Notes: generated by a model not told the origin, from the sequence alone. A DNA stretch of 64,000 nucleotides from Planctomycetota bacterium (GCA_016207825.1 JACQZI010000027.1:66929-130928); one strand, 5' to 3'. Numbered from the stretch's first letter, positions 1 through 9,339 are shown. Numbers and translations are program-made.

Positions 1-907
1 GAGCATATTGGTTAACAAAAATACGAAGGTGGTTGTCCAGGGAATAACCGGCGGCGCGGGAAGTTTCCATACGCACCACATGATGGAATACGGGACGCAA
101 ATCGTCGCCGGAGTCACGCCCAAAAAAGGCGGGACTAAGTTTTCCGCCAAAGGCGGACCCCGACAACCGTCGGGGGAGATTCAAATACCCGTTTTTGATA
201 CCGTCAAGCAGGCGGTGGATGCTACCGGAGCGGATACAAGCATCATCTTTGTGCCGGCGGCATTCTGCGCGGATGCTTTATACGAAGCAGCGGATAGTGG
301 GGTTAAACTGGTCGTTTGCATTACCGAAGGGATTCCGACGCTTGACATGGTCAAGGTCTTTAAGTTTTATAAAGATAAAGGCATCCGCTTAATCGGGCCG
401 AACTGTCCCGGCGTGATTACTCCGGGCGAGTGTAAACTGGGAATTATGCCCGGCTATATACATAAGAAAGGCTCGGTTGGCATCGTTTCCCGTAGCGGAA
501 CGCTGACATACGAAGCGGTCTGGCAGGTGACACAGCTCGGGATGGGGCAATCCACCTGTCTGGGTATCGGCGGTGACCCGATTATCGGGACGAATTTCAT
601 CGATGCGCTGGAGCTCTTCCAGAAGGATAGCGAAACCAAGTCGATTATCATGATTGGCGAAATCGGTGGGACAATGGAAGAAGAGGCCGCGGATTATATC
701 AAAAAGAGTGTCACCAAGCCCGTCGTGGCGTTTATCGCCGGGAAAACCGCTCCCAAGGGGAAACGGATGGGACACGCCGGCGCGATTATCTCCGGCGGCA
801 AAGGGACCGCCCAGGAAAAGGTGGAAAAGCTCATCAGTTGCGGAATCGCCGTGGTCCCCAACCCGGCGGAAATAGGAAAAACACTCGCTCAAGTCTTAAA
901 AGTCTAA
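1..907 (+). CDS. sucD: Succinyl-CoA synthetase alpha subunit (start codon probably cut by window edge)
   Basis: Motifs [37 protein letters not shown]. Reading frame is open to position 1 (g-AGC-ATA-TTG gives MSIL). Confidence 0.96.
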   Translation, partial: SILVNKNTKVVVQGITGGAGSFHTHHMMEYGTQIVAGVTPKKGGTKFSAKGGPRQPSGEIQIPVFDTVKQAVDATGADTSIIFVPAAFCADALYEAADSGVKLVVCITEGIPTLDMVKVFKFYKDKGIRLIGPNCPGVITPGECKLGIMPGYIHKKGSVGIVSRSGTLTYEAVWQVTQLGMGQSTCLGIGGDPIIGTNFIDALELFQKDSETKSIIMIGEIGGTMEEEAADYIKKSVTKPVVAFIAGKTAPKGKRMGHAGAIISGGKGTAQEKVEKLISCGIAVVPNPAEIGKTLAQVLKV

Positions 908-909
908 GC

Positions 910-948
910 AGTTCATAGAGTTTTTGGGGTTTGGAGAGTTTTTAGAGT
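910..948. repeat. Left arm: 9-nt degenerate tandem repeat (AGTTCATAG-type)
   Basis: agttcatag agtttttgg ggtttggag agtttttag agt; inverted counterpart at 1320-1350. Confidence 0.8.
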
Positions 949-952
949 CAAT

Positions 953-1321
953 ATGGGATCAATTCAACGGTTTGAAGATATTAAAGCATGGCAAAAAGCG
1001 CGTGAATTAGTCAACGAGATTTATAAAAGCACATCAACAGGATTGTTCGCCAAAGATTTTGGGTTAAGAGATCAGATACGCAGGGCATCCGTTTCCGTAA
1101 TGCTTAATATTGCCGAAGGATTTGCCCGCAAGACCAATAAAGAATTTGCCCGGTTTCTTGTCCAGGCGCACGGCTCATGCGCGGAGGTCCAATCCGCTTT
1201 GTACATTGCTTTAGATCAGGGGTATATTACAAAAGATAAATTTTCCGGATTATATGATAGGGCGGATGAAATATCTAAGATGCTTACATCCTTTGGACGG
1301 TATCTTATAAAGACCCAATAA
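953..1321 (+). CDS. Four-helix-bundle protein (23S rRNA IVS / Avd-like family)
   Basis: FEDIKAWQKA...DFGLRDQIRRASVSVMLNIAEGF...GSCAEVQSALYIALDQGYI family pattern, 122 aa. Confidence 0.93.
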   Translation: MGSIQRFEDIKAWQKARELVNEIYKSTSTGLFAKDFGLRDQIRRASVSVMLNIAEGFARKTNKEFARFLVQAHGSCAEVQSALYIALDQGYITKDKFSGLYDRADEISKMLTSFGRYLIKTQ

Positions 1322-1350
1322 CTCTATGAACTCTAAAAACACTATAAACT
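1320..1350. repeat. Right arm: inverted 9-nt tandem repeat containing the nadC start codon
   Basis: actctatga actctaaaa acactataa act; aactctatgaact is the exact reverse complement of agttcatagagtt (910-922). Confidence 0.8.
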
Positions 1351-2159
1351 TAATCAAACTTGCTCTCAACGAAGATATCGGCAAGGGGGATATTACAAGC
1401 AAATCTGTCATCCCAGCTGGCAAGAAAGTAAAAGCGTTTATCATCGCCAGGGAAGATTGTATCATATGCGGACTGCCTTTGATTAATAAGATATATAAAA
1501 AGATATCCGGTAATATAAAGATTTCCCTGAAAACACAGGATGGAAAACTGGCAAAAAAGGGGAAAGTCTTAGCAGCGCTAAAAGGACCTGCCCGGCCAAT
1601 TCTGACCGGTGAACGCACGGTTCTTAATTTCCTCCAGCGGCTTTCCGGTATTGCCACGCTGACCGATAAATTTGTTAATAAGGCTAATAAATATAAGGTG
1701 AAAATACTGGATACCAGGAAAACCGTTCCGGGCTGGCGCATGCTGGATAAATATGCGGTGAAAACAGGCGGTGGAATCAACCACCGCAAGGGATTATATG
1801 ATGCCATATTGATAAAGAATAACCATATTGATATCGCGGGCGGGATAAATAAGATTAGGCTGCCGAAAATGAAATCAGTTCCGGTCGAGATAGAAGCGAG
1901 GAACCTGGGAGAATTCAGTTTGGCGATTAAATTAAAGCCTGATATTATTATGCTCGATAATATGAAAACGGGTAATATAAAGCAGGCGGTGAAGTTACGG
2001 AATAAGTTTAATCGTAACGTCAAATTGGAAATTTCCGGCGGAGTCAACTTGGATAATGTGGAAAGCTTTGCCCGGACAGGTGTTGATTTTATTTCAGTGG
2101 GCGCCTTGACGCATTCCGCGCCGGCCGTGGATATATCGATGAAGATTTTAGCTGATTAA
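1326..2159 (+). CDS. nadC: Nicotinate-nucleotide diphosphorylase (quinolinate PRTase)
   Basis: ALNEDIGKGDITS, ERTVLNFLQRLSGIAT, DTRKTVPG, IMLDNM, SGGV, SVGALTHS. Confidence 0.96.
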   Translation: MNSKNTINLIKLALNEDIGKGDITSKSVIPAGKKVKAFIIAREDCIICGLPLINKIYKKISGNIKISLKTQDGKLAKKGKVLAALKGPARPILTGERTVLNFLQRLSGIATLTDKFVNKANKYKVKILDTRKTVPGWRMLDKYAVKTGGGINHRKGLYDAILIKNNHIDIAGGINKIRLPKMKSVPVEIEARNLGEFSLAIKLKPDIIMLDNMKTGNIKQAVKLRNKFNRNVKLEISGGVNLDNVESFARTGVDFISVGALTHSAPAVDISMKILAD

Positions 2160-2165
2160 ATATTA

Positions 2166-2612
2166 GCCACAAAGGCACTAAGGCACAAATGAATTTTAAG
2201 TCATTATCTGATAAAGAAGAGGAAATCGGAAAGAAAATTGTCGATGCCGCTTATGTGCTGCATAAAAATCTTGGGCCTGGATTGTTAGAAAAGGTTTATG
2301 AAACCTGTTTCTGTTGTGAACTCTCAAAAGAGGACTTTCATATAAAAGACAGGTGGATTTGCCCATTGTTTATGATGGAGTGACTTTTGATGAAGGATTG
2401 CGGTTAGATGTTTTGTTGAAGATTCAGTGATTTGTGAGCTTAAAGCGGTGGACATTGTGAATCCGGTTTGGGAAGCGCAATTATTAAGTTACTTAAAACT
2501 TACAGGTAAAAGGCTGGAATTTATTATTAATTTTAATGTGCCTGTTATTAAAGACGGAATTAATCGGATTATTCTATAAAAGGTTTTCTTGGTGTCTTTG
2601 TGTCTTAGTGGC
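2166..2612. mobile_element. Candidate element: inverted 8-nt tandem-repeat arms around a GxxExxY gene
   Basis: Left gccacaaaggcactaaggcacaaa (2166-2189), right cttggtgtctttgtgtcttagtggc (2588-2612). Mobility is inferred, not shown. Confidence 0.55.
2189..2579 (+). pseudogene. GxxExxY protein (PD-(D/E)xK-like) with two frameshifts
   Basis: LGPGLLEKVYE motif. Continues in shifted frames as RGLSYKRQVDLPIVYDG..LRLDV and VEDSVICELKAV..AQLLSYLKLTG..INFNVPVIKDGINRIIL*. Shifts fall in A/T runs near 2328 and 2413 and could be sequencing errors. Confidence 0.85.
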
Positions 2613-2631
2613 GTAAAAGGAGAATTATATT

Positions 2632-3567
2632 ATGAAAATGGCGGTTATCGGTGCCGGGCCAATCGGTTCGATTCTGGGCGGGTATCTGGCAAAGGGCGGA
2701 CACGAAATCGCCTTTGTCGATATTCTTAAGGATCACCTTGATGCCGTTAAAGCAAAAGGACTTGTTATTTCCGGCGTGACGGAAATTAAAGCCAAAATAG
2801 CCGGGACTTACCTCAAAGCAGGCGAGCTGAAATCATTCAAACCGGAAATTATATTTATCTGCCTGAAAGCGCCGGTCGTGAAAATCATTGCTTCGGAACT
2901 ACGAACTCTTAATTCAGAACTCCAAACTATTACCTGGGTAAGCTTCCAGAACGGGCTTGAAGTGGAAAAAGACCTGGCTGATATCGCCGGAGGAGATAAA
3001 GTAATACGCGTGGTGATTAACTATGCGGGGAATCTCATCGCGCCGGGCGAGGTCAAGATGTCTTTCTTTAATAAGCCCAATTATATCGGTTCATTTAATT
3101 CTAGGGGTGAGGGCAAGGCAAAGGAAATTGCCGGTCTTATGACAAAGGCGAATTTGGATACGGAATTTGTCAGCGATATAAAGAAATACGAATGGGAAAA
3201 GGTGATTTTGAACGCCGCGTTAAGTCCGCTTTGCGCGATTACCGGAATGACCATGAAGCAGGCGATGGATTTCCCGGGAACCTACCGCCTGGTCGAAGAG
3301 GTTCTGAAGGAAGGGATTGTTGTCGCCAAAGCATTGAGCTATGATTACGGGGAGAAGTTCTTTGAGCATTGCATCGGATATCTAAAAAACGCCGGGCATC
3401 ACAAGACCTCGATGCATATCGATATAGAGGCCAAGCGCGCGACGGAGATAGATTTTATCAATAAGAAAATCGTGGATTACGGGCAGGTTAAAGGCATTAA
3501 AACGCCCTATAACGAAACGATTACGAATATCATCAAAGGAATGGAAGTCAGAAACCTCGGCAAGTAA
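2632..3567 (+). CDS. panE: 2-dehydropantoate 2-reductase
   Basis: VIGAGPIG Rossmann motif, FQNGL, WEKVILN, KTSMHIDI, TEIDFIN. Confidence 0.9.
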   Translation: MKMAVIGAGPIGSILGGYLAKGGHEIAFVDILKDHLDAVKAKGLVISGVTEIKAKIAGTYLKAGELKSFKPEIIFICLKAPVVKIIASELRTLNSELQTITWVSFQNGLEVEKDLADIAGGDKVIRVVINYAGNLIAPGEVKMSFFNKPNYIGSFNSRGEGKAKEIAGLMTKANLDTEFVSDIKKYEWEKVILNAALSPLCAITGMTMKQAMDFPGTYRLVEEVLKEGIVVAKALSYDYGEKFFEHCIGYLKNAGHHKTSMHIDIEAKRATEIDFINKKIVDYGQVKGIKTPYNETITNIIKGMEVRNLGK

Positions 3568-3572
3568 TCCGC

Positions 3573-3779
3573 TTAGGCCTTTTCCGCTTTTCCGTTCTTG
3601 ATAATCAATCCGTTCTCGCCGATATCGTTATTTTCTTCCGCGGGGTCTTCCTTTGAACCGGCGCTTTTGCCGCAGGAAGGACAGGTGTAATGTTTGCTCG
3701 GTAATTCTTTGCCATCTTTAATAACCGTAATGGCAAAAGGCGGCAGGCTTACTCCGCAACGCATACAGAAAGTGACCAT
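3573..3779 (-). CDS. Small zinc-ribbon protein
   Basis: CMRC...CPSC pairs; RBS-like GGAG upstream; follows holA on the same strand. Confidence 0.65.
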   Translation of the reverse strand: MVTFCMRCGVSLPPFAITVIKDGKELPSKHYTCPSCGKSAGSKEDPAEENNDIGENGLIIKNGKAEKA

Positions 3780-3790
3780 ATTTTTTTCTC

Positions 3791-4648
3791 CTATATTAAG
3801 TTAACAATCAATGTTTTTAAAGCAAGATCGTCTGGCATCACGCTGGTTTTGATTACCTTATCCGTTTGAATGAGCTTTGCGATTTTATCCTTCTGGTTCT
3901 TACTGGGATTTGTTTTATAGTGCCATCCGAGGAAACCGATAATCCTTTCGGATGATTCACCCAGAGCTAAAAGCCTGTCCAGCTCCGCCAGGGCAGATTC
4001 CGTTTGCCCGTTTCTGATGTGAGAGACGAGTTTTTTAATATCACCTTCTATCCCGGAATCCACTAAGCCCAGGATATCGTTTTCTTCGATAGTTGCGCGG
4101 GTGCCGGCAAAGAGAATTATTTTTTTAAGAGTATCGTCGATGAGCGTAAGATTGTTTCCGGTATATTCGGAAATTAATTTTGCGGTTGAACGCGCCATTG
4201 ATTTGCCGTAACCGGATACTTGTAAAATAATCCATTTAGGCAGTTCATAATCCGGGATAGATTGGCATTCTATTTGCAAAACCGTTTTTTCCGGCAGATT
4301 CAAAGCCGTATTGGTTTTGATAATCAAGATAATATAACCAGACGGTTGTTTGAGGTATGTGTCCAGGGTGGTTTTTACCTCCTCACGGAATTTGGGGTCG
4401 CCGGACAGCTCAAGCACGACCAGCTTCTTTTTAGCGAAGAAAGGCAGTGCGCAGAGTTCGGTGAGTAGATTAGCTGATGTATAATTTTCCTGCCTGAAAA
4501 ACGATGCGATGTCCATATCAGGATAAAGAGATTTTATGGCCTCAATTCCTTTATCTTTCAGGAAATCTTCCGTTCCGCTGAACATGAATACGGGCCGCGC
4601 CGGTAATTTGCCCCGCGCAATAGAGGAAAGAAAATCATAGTAGTTCAT
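3791..4648 (-). CDS. holA: DNA polymerase III delta subunit
   Basis: FSGTEDFLK, LPFFAKKKLVVL, GNNLTLI..KIILF architecture of HolA. Confidence 0.8.
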   Translation of the reverse strand: MNYYDFLSSIARGKLPARPVFMFSGTEDFLKDKGIEAIKSLYPDMDIASFFRQENYTSANLLTELCALPFFAKKKLVVLELSGDPKFREEVKTTLDTYLKQPSGYIILIIKTNTALNLPEKTVLQIECQSIPDYELPKWIILQVSGYGKSMARSTAKLISEYTGNNLTLIDDTLKKIILFAGTRATIEENDILGLVDSGIEGDIKKLVSHIRNGQTESALAELDRLLALGESSERIIGFLGWHYKTNPSKNQKDKIAKLIQTDKVIKTSVMPDDLALKTLIVNLI

Positions 4649-4731
4649 ACGCCAATATTTTACCAGAAATTACCGGAGTGTCCAGAGAAATTTATAGAAT
4701 TACTTTGAGTTTCTGATATATTAATGATTAA

Positions 4732-5373
4732 TTGAAAATAATGCAATCAGATTACAATGATTTCTGGCAAAAGCATATTGGAGTAAAAGGCAAGCGTTTC
4801 GGCTGGTTCCGCCGCAAGCGCTATGCGGTGCTGGCGAAATTATTTCCGCGTTTCATGCTTAAACGGTTCCCGGCGCGTAAATACCATCTGGGCGTGGCAT
4901 CCATATCAGAAGGCGATTTTTGCGATATCGGCTCCGGGCTGGGGGGCGCTACCGCGTTGTATAATGCTTTAAGTAATAAACCGGCTGTAGGAATTGATAT
5001 ATCTGTTGAGGCGGTTTCATTTGCCCAAAGCGAAAAGAAACGGCTTGGGTTTAAGAAAGTCCGGTTTGCGGTAAGCGATGTGTTTCGCACGCCTTTTAAG
5101 GATAATTCGTTTGATACGGTTTATCTCGGCCAGATTTTGGAACATCTGCCGGATGAGCATAAATCTTTGCGCGAGGCCTGTCGGATATTAAAACCAAACG
5201 GTTTATTAGTGATTACGGTTCCCAAAGAAGATATGCTGCCGAGCCCTTATCATGTTAGGGAGTATACTACAGACAGCCTGAAAAACCTGCTTAAGCCTTA
5301 CAGCAATGAAGAAATCGCTTTTTACGACTTTGACAAAACGCGGTTGGCCGCTTCGCTCAGGATTAAAAAATGA
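4732..5373 (+). CDS. Class I SAM-dependent methyltransferase
   Basis: DIGSGLG, GIDIS, PFKDNSFD, LEHL, RILKPNG. Confidence 0.88.
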   Translation: MKIMQSDYNDFWQKHIGVKGKRFGWFRRKRYAVLAKLFPRFMLKRFPARKYHLGVASISEGDFCDIGSGLGGATALYNALSNKPAVGIDISVEAVSFAQSEKKRLGFKKVRFAVSDVFRTPFKDNSFDTVYLGQILEHLPDEHKSLREACRILKPNGLLVITVPKEDMLPSPYHVREYTTDSLKNLLKPYSNEEIAFYDFDKTRLAASLRIKK

Positions 5374-5458
5374 CTATGTTTATAAGTTATTTTATTTGAC
5401 TTACTATGGGAATAACCTAAAATCTAAACTCAACATTAAATATGTAAAGGAGATTAAT

Positions 5459-6472
5459 ATGGTGAAGAAAAGCGTTATCGGCGGAATAATCGCTGCGTTA
5501 CTAATTTGCGTAACGCAATCCGCGCTTTTTGCCGGAGACGGGTGGCTTACTTCGTTTGATAAAGGCAAGGAAATTGCCAAGAAGGAGAAGAAAGACATCA
5601 TCGTTGATTTTACCGGCTCTGATTGGTGCGGCTGGTGCATCCAGTTGCATGAAGAAGTGTTTTCAACCGATAAGTGGAAAAAAGAAGGTTCCAAAAAATA
5701 TGTTATGGTCAGCCTGGATTTCCCCCGCAACAAGCAAATGCCTGAAGATGAAAAGAAAGCTAATGATAAGTTAATGAAACTGTTCGGTGTAGAAGGCTTC
5801 CCGACTATTTTCCTGGTTGATTCGGATGGCAAACCCTATGCCAAGACCGGTTACCAGAAGGGCGGGCCGGAAAATTATCTCAAGCACTTGGGCGAGCTTT
5901 CCAAGCAAAAAGAAACAAGAGATAATATAATGTCCGAAATAAAGAAAGCAGAAAAAGAAGAAAGCCTTAAATTGCTGGATGAGCTTATAGGCAAGCTTAA
6001 GGAGTGGGGTGTTGATGGGGCTTATGTTGAGACAAAAGAAGAAATTGTCGGCCTGGATTCGGACAATAAAAACGGGATGAAACTTAAATATTCCGTAGAA
6101 CTTACATATTATTACCGCAAAGCAGGGGAACCCGATAAGAGTAATGCGTATCTGAATGAAGTGGAAAAATTAAGCGAAGGTGAAGCCTCTAGTATAAAAA
6201 TGGATTTTAAGATAGAGGAAATAGAAGCGAAATACCTCCAAGGGCAGAAACCTGATTTCGAAGGCGCAAAAAAGGCTTTGAACGAGCTTATTAAAGACAA
6301 CAAAAAAGGGAAAATTGCGCAAAAGGTTTATTTTGAGATTGCCGGAATAGATTATCAGCTTAAGAATAACGAAGCGTGCATTAAGGATTTGGAAAACGCC
6401 TTAAATGCCGCCCCTGATTCAGAGCTTGCCAGCCAGATTAAAGGTATATTAAAGGAAAAGTTTAATAAATAA
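5459..6472 (+). CDS. Secreted thioredoxin-family protein with TPR-like C-terminus
   Basis: Signal peptide, FTGSDWCGWC, GFPT cis-Pro motif. Start chosen at ATG 5459 after AAGGAG. Confidence 0.87.
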   Translation: MVKKSVIGGIIAALLICVTQSALFAGDGWLTSFDKGKEIAKKEKKDIIVDFTGSDWCGWCIQLHEEVFSTDKWKKEGSKKYVMVSLDFPRNKQMPEDEKKANDKLMKLFGVEGFPTIFLVDSDGKPYAKTGYQKGGPENYLKHLGELSKQKETRDNIMSEIKKAEKEESLKLLDELIGKLKEWGVDGAYVETKEEIVGLDSDNKNGMKLKYSVELTYYYRKAGEPDKSNAYLNEVEKLSEGEASSIKMDFKIEEIEAKYLQGQKPDFEGAKKALNELIKDNKKGKIAQKVYFEIAGIDYQLKNNEACIKDLENALNAAPDSELASQIKGILKEKFNK

Positions 6473-6604
6473 ATTCTCAATAGGATATATCCGCATTACC
6501 GATAGTCATTAAAGGTGCGCCTTTAAAGACGCTCCCGCCAGATGCGGGAAATCTTTAAGGGCACCAGCCTCTTTTTAGAAGTTTCCTTTGGCATAAATAA
6601 ATCT

Positions 6605-8827
6605 ATGCTTGATTTATCTGTTGTCATTATAAACCGCAATACCCGGGATTCTGTTTTAGAGTGCTTGTCATCAATCGCAAATAATGTTAAAGAAATTACC
6701 TGTGAAATAATAGTGGTGGATAATAATTCCACGGATGGCAGCGTTCAGGCGATAAAGGAAAAGCATCCGCAGGTAAAAATACTGGAAAATGAATCCAACG
6801 TCGGTTTTGCCTATGCGGTAAATCAGGGTTTGAAGGAGGCAAAAGGACGTTATTACCTGAGCCTTAACAGCGATACGCAGCTTACCCCGGGCGCTTTGGA
6901 GAAAATGGTCCGGTTTATGGATGAAAACCTGTCCGTCGGTATGGCCGGCGCGCAGTTGGTTAAAGAAAACGGAGAGCCGCAAAACTCATTCGATAATTTC
7001 CCCGGAATTATTTCCACCTTGTTCAATAAAAGCGTGTTACGGTTGCTATTCCCATCCAGCTATGCTGGTAAAAATATCGCCCGTGATGAGGGTATCCCTT
7101 TTGAAGTGGAATCGCTGGTCGGCGCCTGCATGATAATCCGGCCTTCGGCGTTGGACAAGACAGGCTGGTTTGACCAGGATTATTTCGTTTTCCTGGAAGA
7201 AACAGATTTATGCCTCAGGATGCGCAAAGCTGGTCTGAAAGTAATGGTTATCCCTCAAGCCAAGGTGTTCCATTTCCAGGGCGAAACTAAAAAACAGACC
7301 CTGATACCGGCAAAAGTGGAATATCTCGTGTCTCTTTACAAATATTTTCGCAAGAATAGTTCTCTTTCTGTTTACCGGATAATCAGGATCACTTATCCTT
7401 TCCGTTTATTATGCCAGTCTGTTTTTACCTTTATAGGGTGTGTCTTTACCATCGGGCTGGTTAAACATGTAAGAATTCAATGCTATACATATTCTTATCT
7501 TTTCCTTTGGCATCTTTTATGGTGCCCTGAAGAGATGAGCCTGAAAGGAATCAGCGAAAAACTTAAGCAAATGCCCAAAACCGTGCCTATTAAGTGGGTT
7601 ATCCAGGATGTCTATCTGGATACGGATGATTTGCCGGTAGAGCTTGATATAAACCGGATGCCTTACAAACAGGGGTTTGAAAGCACATTGCTGAAAGAGA
7701 CCAGGCTAAAAAGGCTGGTAAGATTTAAAACCCCCTTGGGGCGCAGTTACCTTATAAAAATGTATAAGGATATTCATCCTTTCAGTTGGCTGAAAAACAG
7801 GGTAAGCGGAGATAAAGCAATGAGGGATTTGGTTCTTGCCAGGAAGATTTCTTATCTTGGCATTCCCAATGTCGTTCCCGTGGCCGTCGGATTTAACGAC
7901 AAATTGCCATGGACGCCGAAGTATTATATCGCGGTAACGAGAGAACTTGAAAATGCCTGCGGATTAAACAACTACCTTTCGCGCCATCCGCTTGCGGCAT
8001 ACCTGCCGTATAATCAGAACATAAGGAGAAGGGTGGTTAAGGCTTGGGGACAGATGGCAGGCAAGATACATCAGCGTGGAATCCTGCAAGATGATTTTGA
8101 CCCTAACAATATTGTCCTGCAGTTTAAAGGGGGAGACGCAGAGTTCTATCTTTTCCTGGTGGATTTTGAAAGGGTAAAAATACTTAAAAAGCTTTTGCTT
8201 AACCAGCAAATACACAGTCTGGCAAAACTGAGCCGTTTAAGCGTAGGGATTAACAATACGGACCGCCTGACATTTTTAAAGGGCTATCTTAATACGGATA
8301 ATAAAACAATAATCAAAACATGGATAAAACAGATTAAAAAAGAGTATGATAATAACAAGCTAAAAGATTATTTATGGGCGGAAAAAGTAAGCCTTTTGGA
8401 AAGCAGCCGTATCGGAAGGCATAACACCAAAGAGTTCACGGTATTCTACCGTAAGAAATATCCGGAGAATATGAGGCCGGGTTTTAACGAAAGCGAAATT
8501 ATTGCTTTGCTTCGGCGAATAAAAGAGGGGAATACCGTTTTCGGCCCTTTTATGTTTATCAGGGGAAATAAAGAAGTCGTTGGGTTGTCGGCAAAAGCGT
8601 TCCCCCATTACAAAACAGCAAAAAATATATGGCAAAATCTGAATGCTTTATTGAGGATTTATACCGTGCCGGCACTTCCGGTTGCGTTGATAAAGGATAA
8701 AAAGAGTTTTAATAAAGGAATAATCGTCTTCGAGCCGATAAACCTAAATCGCTATGTTTCCGGGTTCTTCGTCAATCCAAAGATTCAAGAAAGATTGACA
8801 GGAATAAATAATATTGGTATAAAGTGA
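6605..8827 (+). CDS. GT2 glycosyltransferase fused to a Kdo/WaaP-like LPS kinase domain
   Basis: N-terminus: VVDNNSTDGS, NVGFAYAVNQG, LNSD, EETDLC. C-terminus: YLIKMY, IHQRGILQDDFDPNNI, LVDFE. Confidence 0.82.
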   Translation: MLDLSVVIINRNTRDSVLECLSSIANNVKEITCEIIVVDNNSTDGSVQAIKEKHPQVKILENESNVGFAYAVNQGLKEAKGRYYLSLNSDTQLTPGALEKMVRFMDENLSVGMAGAQLVKENGEPQNSFDNFPGIISTLFNKSVLRLLFPSSYAGKNIARDEGIPFEVESLVGACMIIRPSALDKTGWFDQDYFVFLEETDLCLRMRKAGLKVMVIPQAKVFHFQGETKKQTLIPAKVEYLVSLYKYFRKNSSLSVYRIIRITYPFRLLCQSVFTFIGCVFTIGLVKHVRIQCYTYSYLFLWHLLWCPEEMSLKGISEKLKQMPKTVPIKWVIQDVYLDTDDLPVELDINRMPYKQGFESTLLKETRLKRLVRFKTPLGRSYLIKMYKDIHPFSWLKNRVSGDKAMRDLVLARKISYLGIPNVVPVAVGFNDKLPWTPKYYIAVTRELENACGLNNYLSRHPLAAYLPYNQNIRRRVVKAWGQMAGKIHQRGILQDDFDPNNIVLQFKGGDAEFYLFLVDFERVKILKKLLLNQQIHSLAKLSRLSVGINNTDRLTFLKGYLNTDNKTIIKTWIKQIKKEYDNNKLKDYLWAEKVSLLESSRIGRHNTKEFTVFYRKKYPENMRPGFNESEIIALLRRIKEGNTVFGPFMFIRGNKEVVGLSAKAFPHYKTAKNIWQNLNALLRIYTVPALPVALIKDKKSFNKGIIVFEPINLNRYVSGFFVNPKIQERLTGINNIGIK
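8795..8823 (+). promoter_or_regulatory. Sigma-70-type promoter for the tRNA cluster
   Basis: TTGACA-17 nt-TATAAA with extended TG. Confidence 0.7.
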
Positions 8828-8871
8828 GCTTTTATCCCGTTCCCGTTATTCCGCCAAGACGGGATAACGGG

Positions 8872-8943
8872 GCTGGGATAGCTCAACAGTAGAGCACCGG
8901 TTTTGTAAACCGGTGGTTGCGGGTGCGAATCCCGCTCCCAGCT
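8872..8943 (+). tRNA. tRNA-Thr(TGT)
   Basis: Acceptor stem GCTGGGA/TCCCAGC; anticodon loop TTTGTAA; T-loop variant TGCGAAT. Confidence 0.92.
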
Positions 8944-8959
8944 TTGATAAAGAAGCTGG

Positions 8960-9042
8960 CAGAAAACAGTAGTCAGTAAACAGTGTGTTTTTCCTTTGGG
9001 GCGGATATAAAGCTGATTACTAATTACTGCTTACTGGTTACT
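8960..9042. repeat. Empty inverted pair of 7-nt tandem repeats between tRNA genes
   Basis: cagaaaa cagtagt cagtaaa cagt ... gctgatt actaatt actgctt actggtt act. Confidence 0.7.
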
Positions 9043-9050
9043 CTTTTAAC

Positions 9051-9132
9051 GGGCAGGTACCCAAGTGGTCAAAGGGGACAGACTGTAAATCTGTTGGCGA
9101 TGCCTTCGGGGGTTCAAATCCCTCCCTGCCCA
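9051..9132 (+). tRNA. tRNA-Tyr(GTA)
   Basis: GGGCAGG/CCTGCCC stem, CTGTAAA loop, long variable arm. Confidence 0.95.
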
Positions 9133-9203
9133 ATATTTAACTAATAATAAAATAATTCATAACTCGAAACTTTTTTTCCGTTACGAGTTGTCAGGTGAAG
9201 ATT

Positions 9204-9277
9204 GCGGGCGTTGCTTAATGGTAAAGCTCCAGCCTTCCAAGCTGGTCACGTGGGTTCGATTCCCATCGCCCGCTCCA
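9204..9277 (+). tRNA. tRNA-Gly(TCC)
   Basis: GCGGGCG/CGCCCGC stem, CCAGC-CTTCCAA-GCTGG, encoded CCA. Confidence 0.95.
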
Positions 9278-9310
9278 GAAGAAATTTATAACTAAATTAT
9301 AATATTTATC

Positions 9311-9339
9311 TTGACACTTTTGCTTAAAATAAATATACT
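9311..9339 (+). promoter_or_regulatory. Sigma-70-type promoter for tRNA-Thr/tuf
   Basis: TTGACA-17 nt-TATACT. Confidence 0.8.

Noticed and set aside
953-1321. Diversity-generating retroelement (Avd-like protein present)
   Set aside because: No reverse transcriptase in the window, and I found no template/variable repeat pair differing at adenines.
8872-8943. tRNA-Thr(TGT) as a pseudogene because of TGC in the T-loop
   Set aside because: All stems pair and the gene is in the canonical Thr-Tyr-Gly-Thr-tuf cluster.
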